A DNA stretch of 59,385 bases, taken from positions 1 to 59,385 of the forward strand of contig JABCPS020000021.1 in the NCBI GenBank assembly GCA_013332955.2. The letters are read 5' to 3'. This stretch comes from Candidatus Saccharimonadota bacterium (GTDB taxonomy: Bacteria; Patescibacteriota; Saccharimonadia; Saccharimonadales; Saccharimonadaceae). Below the pieces are notes generated by a model. It ran no database searches. It was not told where the DNA came from and saw only the letters and a program-made list of their open reading frames with translations. The position numbers and the translations under genes were made by a program. Positions 49,545 to 57,802 of the stretch are shown piece by piece; position 1 is the stretch's first letter; the number at the start of each line of letters is the position of its first letter.

Positions 49545-50240
49545 CTAAGATTTTAGCTCTTGATTAATGGCTTCGCGGAGTTTTTCCTTGAATTCTTTTT
49601 CTTTGGCGGAAGGAAGTTCGAAGGCCTTGCCATTAATATAGATGGTTGGGGTTTCATTGACACCGAGACGCTTCGAGATAGCCATATCGGCCTTGATTTT
49701 TTGCTTCACGGCATCGGAATTCATATCCTTGAGGAATTTTGCCGTATCGCCCTTACCTTCAGTAACTTCGACAAAGTATTCACGGAAGTGATTGTCACGA
49801 TCAGAGGCAGAGAGAGATTCCCAATTTGATTGTTCTTTAAAGAGCTTCTTAGCGTATGGTTCCCAGTAGCCTTGGAGAGCAGCGGCATTAGCCGCCGAAG
49901 CCGCAGCGGTGCCGTTTTGGTGATAGCTCAAGATGTAACTTCTAAAAACTAGACCCACTTGGCCATCATATTCTTTCACAATATCAGAGAGATATGGGAA
50001 AACTGTGGAGCAGAACGGGCACTGATAATCGGCATATTCAGAAATAATCACCTTGGCGTCTTTGTTACCTTCATAATTATCACCCATATCACCATTACGA
50101 GAGTCGGCAGCGATATATTTATTCGTATTGAGGCTCTTAACCCAATTGTCATAAGCAAGATTTGAAGAAATCGCGTTACCGCAAAGCCACAAGAATCCCA
50201 CAGCTAGCACCCCTAAAAGTCCGTAAATCAGTTTTTGCAT
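49545..50240 (-). CDS. DsbA-family thioredoxin-fold oxidoreductase
   Basis: N-terminal TM, EYADYQCPFC and GVNETPTIYING. Confidence 0.93.
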   Translation of the reverse strand: MQKLIYGLLGVLAVGFLWLCGNAISSNLAYDNWVKSLNTNKYIAADSRNGDMGDNYEGNKDAKVIISEYADYQCPFCSTVFPYLSDIVKEYDGQVGLVFRSYILSYHQNGTAAASAANAAALQGYWEPYAKKLFKEQSNWESLSASDRDNHFREYFVEVTEGKGDTAKFLKDMNSDAVKQKIKADMAISKRLGVNETPTIYINGKAFELPSAKEKEFKEKLREAINQELKS

Positions 50241-50336
50241 TTTCCTCCTAATTTCTACTTTTGGTAGATTTTTTGTATAATATAAATATTAGCATATTTT
50301 GTCTAAGTTGTAATATTTTAGACTAAAGGAGGAGCC

Positions 50337-51404
50337 GTGTCAGAGGCGAATATGACAGATACAACAGAAGATAGGACCGATTTTAACGGCGAACAAGAAA
50401 ACGCGACTGGAGTGTTCAGCGGTGAGGAATCTTCCCATGGATTAAAAGTCTGGTTTGAAAAAATCGGTGTGAAATTAGCCGCCTTTTTCGGAGCGATCAA
50501 ACAATTTTTGAGCCGCAAGGATGGAGATGAGGAAGCGGATTCCTTCGAGGGACCAATGAAGCGTGGATTTTTCGATCGTAAATTTAATAAAGCAGAAAAT
50601 GAGTCGACAGAAGCCACAAATGAGGCTAGTTCGCTCAGTCAATTTGGTGGAGCCGGCCTGATCAATAATCATTTTTCGAATTCTGAACTCGAAGCAACTC
50701 GCGCTACTGACACAGATGGCGACGGTATGGTTAATCATGAGAAAACTGAAGAGACCTTAACTAGGCGCGAAGAGGCGACGGATTATCTAAGAAATACGAA
50801 TTATTATATTGGCACAACTGAGGTAAATACCGCGGTTATGCCAGAAGTGTTCATCCCGGAGACTACAGAAGATTTTGTTTGGTTAATTAATAAAATGCCA
50901 AGCTCGGTGCTTTCGGATAGCCAGAAAGAAACTCTAGGCAAGGTCATGAGTTTCGATAGTAAAAAGGTTTCTGATATTATGACGCCAAAATCAGAATTAA
51001 AGTTCGTGGGCGAAGAAGATTATATGGGACCGCTGACCTTATCTGGATTATATAAATCTGGCCAGAGTCAGTTCCCTGTAGTCGATCGCCGTGGTGAATT
51101 GAGTGGAATTTTACACGCCTAGACACTTTTCCAATTAGATATCAAGGATACCGATCAGGCTTCGGCCTTTATGGATCGTAAAATTGTTTATCTTTCAGAA
51201 AATTATCCACTCTATGAGGCGCTCTTTGCCCTGTTACGCTCACATACACAGGCTTTCGTGGTAGTGGATGAGGCTGGCAAAATTTCTGGTTTGCTTGATG
51301 CACGCGTACTCCTAAACTCCCTGCTTGCGATTGACGATTCGGCTGATTTTACTAAAGATGAAGATTTAGCTTCGGTGGTGGAATACGCCAAGCGTTTTAA
51401 GTAA
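50337..51404 (+). pseudogene. CBS-domain protein interrupted by an in-frame TAG at 51120-51122 (or a sequencing error)
   Basis: First CBS domain (KVSDIMTP..SQFPVVD..GIL) continues in the same frame after the TAG into a second CBS domain (FVVVDEAGKISGLL). Confidence 0.75.
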
Positions 51405-51430
51405 AATTAAGTTATTAAGGTTTGATTTAG

Positions 51431-52240
51431 ATGCAGAATAGACGCTTACTTAAAAGACGCGTAGTAACCGGCCTGAGTTTGCTGGGTCTATTCTTGCTGA
51501 CGGTGGCGCTAAATCCAAAATCTTATAATTACACGCCGGTCCATTCTGAACAACAGAACGGAAGCGCTAAAACTGACGAGCATGGTAGTGCGAGCGATGC
51601 CAACCAAGCAAAAACTCAAAACAATCCAGATAAATCTAATGCTACAAACCCCACGGATGGTACCGATACCTCTAATTCCAAACCACTAGCTAGCGAGATC
51701 TTATCTAGTCTCGAGGTTAAAGGTCGCGCGCCAAAGACTGGCTACAAACGAACGGAGTTTTATAAGAATTGGCCAGAAATCGAGGGCTGTAATCTGAGAC
51801 AACGTATCTTGAAGCGGGATTTTGGCGAGACGGCGAAGACCGACCAAAAGTGCAATGTGATTTCGGGTAGTTTTTATGAACCGTACACCGGGACTTGGAT
51901 GAGTTTTTCGAGCCGTGAAGAGATTGGTAAGAAAATTCAGATTGACCACATCGTGGCGCTTTCGGATGCTTGGCAAAAAGGCGCACAATATCTCAGCAGC
52001 GACATTAGATTTCAGATTGCGACCGACCCCTTGAACCTTGCCGCAGTGGATGGACCAGCTAATCAACAAAAATCCGATAGCGACGCAGCAAGTTGGCTGC
52101 CGAAGAACAAAAGTTTTCGCTGCCAATACGTGGCACGCCAGATTTCGGTGAAGAAAAAATATAATCTCTGGGTGACGGAAGCCGAAAAATCCGCCATGAG
52201 TAATGTACTAGGTGGATGCCCAGAACAGAGAACTTATTAG
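51431..52240 (+). CDS. Membrane-anchored HNH endonuclease (DUF1524-type)
   Basis: N-terminal TM; CNLRQRILKRD, IQIDHIVALSDAW and NLAAVDGPANQQKSD motifs. Confidence 0.9.
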   Translation: MQNRRLLKRRVVTGLSLLGLFLLTVALNPKSYNYTPVHSEQQNGSAKTDEHGSASDANQAKTQNNPDKSNATNPTDGTDTSNSKPLASEILSSLEVKGRAPKTGYKRTEFYKNWPEIEGCNLRQRILKRDFGETAKTDQKCNVISGSFYEPYTGTWMSFSSREEIGKKIQIDHIVALSDAWQKGAQYLSSDIRFQIATDPLNLAAVDGPANQQKSDSDAASWLPKNKSFRCQYVARQISVKKKYNLWVTEAEKSAMSNVLGGCPEQRTY

Positions 52241-52274
52241 AAAATTAAATAAATATTTTATAAGCGAGCAAAAA

Positions 52275-52772
52275 ATGATTAGAGAAATGAAAGCAACCGA
52301 CCTCAATGACATAGTAGAAATGCAATTTGAGCTACAAGAGTATTTTTCAGAAATTGATAGAACACGCGATTCTCTACCATATAAAAGCATTGAAGACGCT
52401 CGTCAATATATGCAAAAAATGATAGATGATGCCAATAATATGGATGGCAAAATTTTTGTTGCTGAAGAAAAAGATCAAATTATTGGTTTTATTCAAGGAG
52501 TAATAATTGAACATAGAAAGGGTGCTGATATTTTTTATGATTTAATGCATAATCCTTCCAAAGAGGGCTGGGTTGGCCTACTATTCGTGAAGTCAGAATA
52601 TAGAGGGAGTGGCACTGGAAAGCAGTTGCTCGACGAAATAAAAAATTATTTTATATCAAAAAATTGCACCAGCATACGACTATTGGTCCTATCTGATAAT
52701 AAACATGCGGTAGCTGTCTACGAAAAAAATGGCTTCATACGTCATGACTTAGAGATGATACTAAAGGTTTAA
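52275..52772 (+). CDS. GNAT-family N-acetyltransferase
   Basis: MIREMKATDL start; LFVKSEYRGSGTGKQL and NKHAVAVYEKNGF motifs. Confidence 0.92.
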   Translation: MIREMKATDLNDIVEMQFELQEYFSEIDRTRDSLPYKSIEDARQYMQKMIDDANNMDGKIFVAEEKDQIIGFIQGVIIEHRKGADIFYDLMHNPSKEGWVGLLFVKSEYRGSGTGKQLLDEIKNYFISKNCTSIRLLVLSDNKHAVAVYEKNGFIRHDLEMILKV

Positions 52773-52775
52773 TGT

Positions 52776-52814
52776 AAAAAAAGAACTCCATAAGGGGCTA
52801 TTTTAATGGTGTGC
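52776..52814 (-). repeat. Degenerate copy of the tRNA-Leu(GAG) 3' end plus terminator
   Basis: AAAAAAAGAACTCCATAAGGGGCTATTTTAATGGTG vs AAAAAAGAACTCCGTAAGGAGTTATTTTATGGTG at 53817. Confidence 0.85.
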
Positions 52815-52938
52815 GTCTAGCCGAGGACTACAAATATATCTTATGTATTGCCAGCTGCGTTATGAATGGCCAATGAATAAGCCTTATTAAAAAGGCAACA
52901 ATGTCAATGTATCTTGCGCCTCATGATACAATATAGAT

Positions 52939-53448
52939 ATGAATAATCAGGCTTTCATCGACGGACAAAACCTTAAGCTTGGCACTTTCAAGACTAATCC
53001 ATCCTGGAATGTTGACTTGAAGAGATTTCGTGTATATCTTAGCCAAAAGTACAACGTAAATGAGGCCTACTACTTTATTGGTGCCTATGATCCGAAGAAC
53101 CAAGACCTCTACAGTGCGCTTCAGAAATTTGGGTATATTGTCATCTTTCGCGAACATGCCGAAAGCGCACTTAGTAAGAAGAAAGGTAATGTGGATACGG
53201 ATATAGTATTTACGGTTATGAAGAGTTTGGCCGAAAAAGAAAAATTTGATAAGGTAGTGCTCGTATCCGGCGACGGCGACTATTGGCGCATGGTCGATTA
53301 TTTAATCCAAAAAGATAAATTTGAAAAATTACTAGCACCAAGCCGCAAGAATTTGTCTTCGCTCTATAAACGTCGCATGGCCGATACATATAGGGTATAT
53401 CTTGACGATCCTGCCGTAAGAAGCAAGATTGAGTTTAAGAAGAAATAG
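52939..53448 (+). CDS. NYN / LabA-DUF88 domain protein (PIN-like putative RNase)
   Basis: AFIDGQNL, KGNVDTDI and VLVSGDGDY acidic catalytic motifs; leaderless-type TGA-TACAAT 6 nt before the ATG. Confidence 0.93.
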   Translation: MNNQAFIDGQNLKLGTFKTNPSWNVDLKRFRVYLSQKYNVNEAYYFIGAYDPKNQDLYSALQKFGYIVIFREHAESALSKKKGNVDTDIVFTVMKSLAEKEKFDKVVLVSGDGDYWRMVDYLIQKDKFEKLLAPSRKNLSSLYKRRMADTYRVYLDDPAVRSKIEFKKK

Positions 53449-53458
53449 CCTGACAATC

Positions 53459-53516
53459 AAAAAAGCAGGTTCGCCTTAGGTATTTCTCCGTTCGGTGCAT
53501 CCCTGCGTCGTGATAT
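53459..53516 (-). ncRNA. Candidate ~60-nt small RNA convergent with the NYN gene
   Basis: Minus-strand TTGACT-17 bp-TATGAT promoter, GCAGG...CCTGC closing stem followed by TTTTTT, no ORF. Confidence 0.6.
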
Positions 53517-53522
53517 ATTTAC

Positions 53523-53551
53523 ATCATATCAAATCAGGCCCAAAAAGTCAA
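53523..53551 (-). promoter_or_regulatory. Sigma70-type promoter pointing toward the NYN gene 3' end
   Basis: TTGACT (53551-53546), 17 bp spacer, TATGAT (53528-53523). Confidence 0.75.
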
Positions 53552-53580
53552 TATCGCCAGTCGTTCACAATTTGTACAAC

Positions 53581-53790
53581 AAAAAAAGAACTCCGTTAGG
53601 AATTATTTAAGCGGCCTGACTAGTCGATATTTTTCTCTTTGAGAAAAATATCTGTTCCTCCTCGCTCGGAAAGAAAAAAGCCAGCTTTTTTCTTTCACTC
53701 ACTTCGTCGTCCAGTCGAACTATGTTCTCGTCTAATCTAGGTACCAACTAAAAAGTCTACCAAGGTAGACTTCTTTAGTTGGTGCACCTG
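53581..53790. repeat. Composite palindromic element with tRNA-Leu 3'-end fragments in both orientations
   Basis: Terminator copy at 53581, CCTGACTAG at 53615, perfect hairpins 53626-53652 and 53669-53696, inverted tRNA-end mimic 53724-53746, long hairpin 53743-53783, exact TGGTGCACCTG at 53780. Confidence 0.8.
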
Positions 53791-53845
53791 TTTGCCCCTT
53801 GGGACGCATCAGGTGGAAAAAAGAACTCCGTAAGGAGTTATTTTA

Positions 53846-53930
53846 TGGTGCACCTGACTAGACTCGAACTAGCACACCCGAAGGCACTACCACCTCAAGG
53901 TAGCGTGTATACCAATTTCACCACAGGTGC
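53846..53930 (-). tRNA. tRNA-Leu (anticodon GAG)
   Basis: GCACCTG..TGGTGAAATTGGTATACAC..CTACC-TTGAGGT-GGTAG, long variable arm, GTTCGAGT..CAGGTGC-A-CCA. Confidence 0.97.
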
Positions 53931-53991
53931 ATATGTTTATTATAACATATTTTTTCGCTATGGGGAGAAAAATCTTGAAATTATTCCGATT

Positions 53992-55755
53992 CTACGGAGT
54001 ACGATTTTTGAAAGTCTTCTTTACCGACCAATTAATAATATCATTAAAGCGGTCTTCACCCGAGACTAGGTGCTGATCCGCCGAGAAGGCACGCACATTT
54101 TTATTCATAAAATATGGCAAACTAGATTGATAAAGCGCAATCGAAGGCGCCTCGTCGAGCCAGATTTCAAGGAATTTACGGTATTTGGCGTCACGCAGTG
54201 AAATATCAATCGTATTTCTAGCACTGAGAATCAAGTTCGAAACCGTGGTATTCTTATAATTACTGAGATTATAGCCATTTTCGGTAGCCTCGGCAGAGTG
54301 ATAATAGGGCACCACATCTGGGTCGGCACCCATGGCGATTTCATAAATCAAAATGTCATAGTTGCGTGGACGGAGAACATTGAGTGTAAAGTCCTGAGAA
54401 GCTTCGTAGGCCGCAACCTGATTTGGCACGCCGAGAGATTTTAACTGCTCACCGAGGCGGTTAGCGATTTCTTCCATATATTTATCACCCTTGACCGTAA
54501 CGATACGAAGATCGGTACCAAAGTACTCTGGCTTATTAGCCTTAAAATTATCGAGCTTAGACTTAGCTTCGGTTACATTAGTAGTAGCTGCTTCCGGGAA
54601 AGACAGAGTCTTGGCCTGCTGTTCAGTGATCGGGAATTTGAGCGCCTGTTCGCCGTTTAGACCGGATAAGAGATTGCCATAATTCAAACCTTGACGGAGT
54701 GCTTGGCGGAAGCCCTTATCTTGAAGCGCGGTATTGGAAGTAGAAGTCGTATTCAGGAAGGCAAAGACGCCATAATTAACGGTGGTTTGTTGTTCCTTGA
54801 GGCTTTTTTCATTGAGAAGCTCCGTAGTGTAACGAGATGGAAGGCTGCCGGTGGCGGTGATAGAACCGGATTTTAGTGAAGCTTTAATCGCGTCAGTGGT
54901 CAAAAAAGCATGGATAGAAAAACTATCAAGCAGAGTCTTTCCCTTGTAATAATTTTGGTTACGGTTCAAATAGACTATCTTTTCGCCTTCGTTGCCAATG
55001 GTTTGGGTAGCCTTAAAGACGAACGGACCGGAAGAAATTGGCTTGGTAAACATTTTATGCTCATTCAATTGCTCCGGCTTCACATCTTTTAAAATATGGG
55101 CTGGAAGGATGGGAAAATTCAAATTACTTTCGAAGAAAGCATTAGTATTTTCGAGCTTAAAAACTAGTGAACCGTCTTCGGATTGACGCACGGTGACACC
55201 ATTTAATTTATTACTGAAGTTCGATTTTAGAGAAGCGCTCTTAATCGTATTGACCGTATAAAGCACATCTTCAGTAGTAAGGTCGTCGCCGTCTGCCCAT
55301 TTCAAATTCTGGCGCAGGCGCACCGTCCATTCATCGCCAGTAGTATTACTAGTAATAGTTTCAGCCAACCCAGCACCGGTATGACCAGAGTAATCCACTT
55401 CAGCGAGACGGGCAAACATCAGACGAGAAAGAGCCTCCTCTGAGAAAGTAGTGGCAAAAAGTGGGTTCATAGAGTTAATCTTGCCCAGAGTACCTTCGGT
55501 GAAATTACCACCATCGGTGTAGGTTTCCACGGCGTAAGATTCGGAATACCAAACTGATTGGACAGTGGCAAAAAGCAGAATAGCGAGAATCAAAAGCACC
55601 CATTCCAAGACAAAGAGACGAACATCTTTCACATGCGAAATATGACCGATCAAGTTCTCCTTGACGTGCTCTTTACTGTTTTCGCTGATTTTGCGACCAA
55701 AGAGCGTAATTTTTTTGGAAATTTTTTGACTACGTTTTTTGAGGGTCTTATTCAT
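53992..55755 (-). CDS. Peptide ABC transporter substrate-binding protein (family 5), membrane-anchored
   Basis: GGNFTEGTLG..MNPLF, LRQNLKWADGDDLTTEDVLYT and SGPF motifs; directly downstream of secG. Confidence 0.9.
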   Translation of the reverse strand: MNKTLKKRSQKISKKITLFGRKISENSKEHVKENLIGHISHVKDVRLFVLEWVLLILAILLFATVQSVWYSESYAVETYTDGGNFTEGTLGKINSMNPLFATTFSEEALSRLMFARLAEVDYSGHTGAGLAETITSNTTGDEWTVRLRQNLKWADGDDLTTEDVLYTVNTIKSASLKSNFSNKLNGVTVRQSEDGSLVFKLENTNAFFESNLNFPILPAHILKDVKPEQLNEHKMFTKPISSGPFVFKATQTIGNEGEKIVYLNRNQNYYKGKTLLDSFSIHAFLTTDAIKASLKSGSITATGSLPSRYTTELLNEKSLKEQQTTVNYGVFAFLNTTSTSNTALQDKGFRQALRQGLNYGNLLSGLNGEQALKFPITEQQAKTLSFPEAATTNVTEAKSKLDNFKANKPEYFGTDLRIVTVKGDKYMEEIANRLGEQLKSLGVPNQVAAYEASQDFTLNVLRPRNYDILIYEIAMGADPDVVPYYHSAEATENGYNLSNYKNTTVSNLILSARNTIDISLRDAKYRKFLEIWLDEAPSIALYQSSLPYFMNKNVRAFSADQHLVSGEDRFNDIINWSVKKTFKNRTP

Positions 55756-55758
55756 AAT

Positions 55759-55992
55759 TTAACTAATGGTAGGTAGCAAAAGCATACCTAAGATTGAGGC
55801 GACGAACATCACGACCAACACCACAGTGGCATTAAAGAGGGATTTTTCGAGACCTCGACGAGTGGTGTATAATTCACCACTTGCACCAAAACCTGCACCG
55901 AGAGAGGCGCCGCGTTGCTGCAATAAAATAAGGAGCATGGCGAGAACGGCCGAGATAAGACTTACACTTTCGAGGATACTTCCAATATTCAT
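55759..55992 (-). CDS. secG: Preprotein translocase subunit SecG
   Basis: Two TM helices; LILLQQRGASLGAGFG..TRRGLEK. Confidence 0.93.
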   Translation of the reverse strand: MNIGSILESVSLISAVLAMLLILLQQRGASLGAGFGASGELYTTRRGLEKSLFNATVVLVVMFVASILGMLLLPTIS

Positions 55993-55995
55993 AAT

Positions 55996-56361
55996 TTAAT
56001 TATAGTCTGGAATGACGAAATTAACAAGACTTGTCAGGACACTCATGAGCAACCATGACCAGACTAGCTGAATACCTGAGATGGAAATATGGGGCACCAG
56101 GTGTACGACCAACCACAACATTGCAATGTTGAGCACCAGGTTAAAAATTCCCATAGTGAGTAAAATCAGAGGTAGAGCGAAAATAGTTAAAATTGGCTTC
56201 ACGATGGTTTGAACCACAGAAAGCACGAGGCCGGCAGTGACGAAGACCCCGAAAGTATCAACTCCTTGATCGACGCGACCAAAAAGTTTGACACAAACCC
56301 ACATTAAAAATGAGGAAACAATCCAACGCAGGATGAAAAACTTAATTTGCTTTTTTATCAT
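55996..56361 (-). CDS. Four-TM membrane protein, YvlD / 'phage holin family' type
   Basis: IVKPILTIFALPLILLTMGIF motif. Confidence 0.85.
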   Translation of the reverse strand: MIKKQIKFFILRWIVSSFLMWVCVKLFGRVDQGVDTFGVFVTAGLVLSVVQTIVKPILTIFALPLILLTMGIFNLVLNIAMLWLVVHLVPHISISGIQLVWSWLLMSVLTSLVNFVIPDYN

Positions 56362-56391
56362 AAGCCTATTGTAGCACGATTTTATACGATT

Positions 56392-57672
56392 TTATTTGAA
56401 CATGCGTTTATTGCGCAGCTGACGATGAAAAGTAATGGCAAAACGATGCGCCTCTTCATCGATGCGTGCGATAAGTTTGGCGAGATGCGATTCATTAGAA
56501 AAAATCTGGCTAGAGAAGCTAATAATTCCCTGATGAGTGACCGGAATAATTAGATTAATATCAGCATTTCTGGTGTGGTCACCAGATTTATTGCGGCCGA
56601 TGGCGGGAATTTTAGCCTCAATTAATAGAGGTAGTACGGCGCGAAGCTGCTAGTCGGAGCCGTCCAAAATAATCAGTTCAGGATATTCCCATTCCGGATG
56701 TTTAAGGCGGCGCGTCACCACCTCACGCATGCTAGCGGTATCATCATTTTTACTGCTACGAATCTTAAATTTACGATAATCGGCACGACTAGCTACCCCA
56801 TTTTTAAAAACTACCATACTAGCCACGGTGTCGGAACCAGAAATATGCGAAATATCATACCCCTCAATGCGACGTGGTACCGAATTAAGATTAAGGAGCT
56901 TTTGTAGTTGTAATAATGCTTGATCAGAGGATAAATCGAGAAATTCCTTGTCGGAAAAAATAATTTTACGCTTCAAGCCTTTCAGGCCAAAATATTCATC
57001 GCGGAGTTTGGCCGCCATTTCGAACTCACCGAGCGAGGCGTGGCGGCGCATGTCGCGCTCAATTTCTTTCAACAAATTATCGCGGTCGCCATTTAAGTAG
57101 CGAATGAGACGACGAAGCTCAGTTTTATAGGCTTTTTCGGTGGTTTTGCCAATCTCAATACCTGGCGTGAGGCCGAGATCGGTGTCGAGGGTTTTCTTGC
57201 CGTTATAAGGTTTGTCATAATAAGGGAAGATTTTACGAAGCACCCTTAGAGCCTTAATAATTGTAGTTTTGGCATAAAACGGACCGATATAGGTGGCCTT
57301 ATCGTCGAGGGGATTTCGCGTAATCGAGACATCCGGCACCGGCTGATCCATATTGATTCGTACGTAGCTGACGGTTTTATCGTCACGTAGTAAAATATTC
57401 CACTTCGGCATGTAGCGCTTAATCATTTCCGACTCGAGGAAAAGCGCATCCATCTCGGTGTCGACGATCAACCAATCGGTGTCGTGAATTTCTGCCACCA
57501 AAGCCTCAGTTTTCGGATCTTTTTCGGTATTTTGAAAATATTGACGAACCCGATTTTTTAAGACCGCCGCCTTGCCCACATAAATCACTTCCCCTTCGCG
57601 GTTTTTATGAAAATACACCCCAGGGCTACTGGGGAGTGTTTTCAGTTTAGCTTTGAGTTCCGCCGAAATCAT
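56392..57672 (-). pseudogene. uvrC: Excinuclease ABC subunit C interrupted by an in-frame TAG at 56650-56652 (or a sequencing error)
   Basis: GIY-YIG (PGVY..IYVGKA..RVRQYF) and RIEGYDISH motifs. After ILDGSD* the same frame reads QLRAV...ARIDEEAHRFAITFHRQLR to the stop at 56392. Confidence 0.9.
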
Positions 57673-57802
57673 TATTTTAATTATAAAATATTTCTGATTT
57701 TTTACAAAATCCGCCCTAAGTTAATATCTCAAAGTGTTGCACTTGAGATGTTAGAGTAAGACACCTGGGTCGACATCTTAGACCGTGATGCTTTTTAGGT
57801 TA

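Noticed and set aside
36946..56361. Prophage suggested by baseplate-J-like, holin-family and HNH genes
   Set aside because: The genes are scattered among housekeeping genes, with no integrase, terminase, capsid or tail module.
51120..56652. Amber (TAG) recoding suggested by two in-frame TAGs
   Set aside because: TAG ends many genes at their natural termini here (UDG, mltG, sbcB, dsbA, HNH, NYN, SBP), and long genes contain no other internal TAGs. TGA also acts as a stop (gatA), so code 25 is not in use either.
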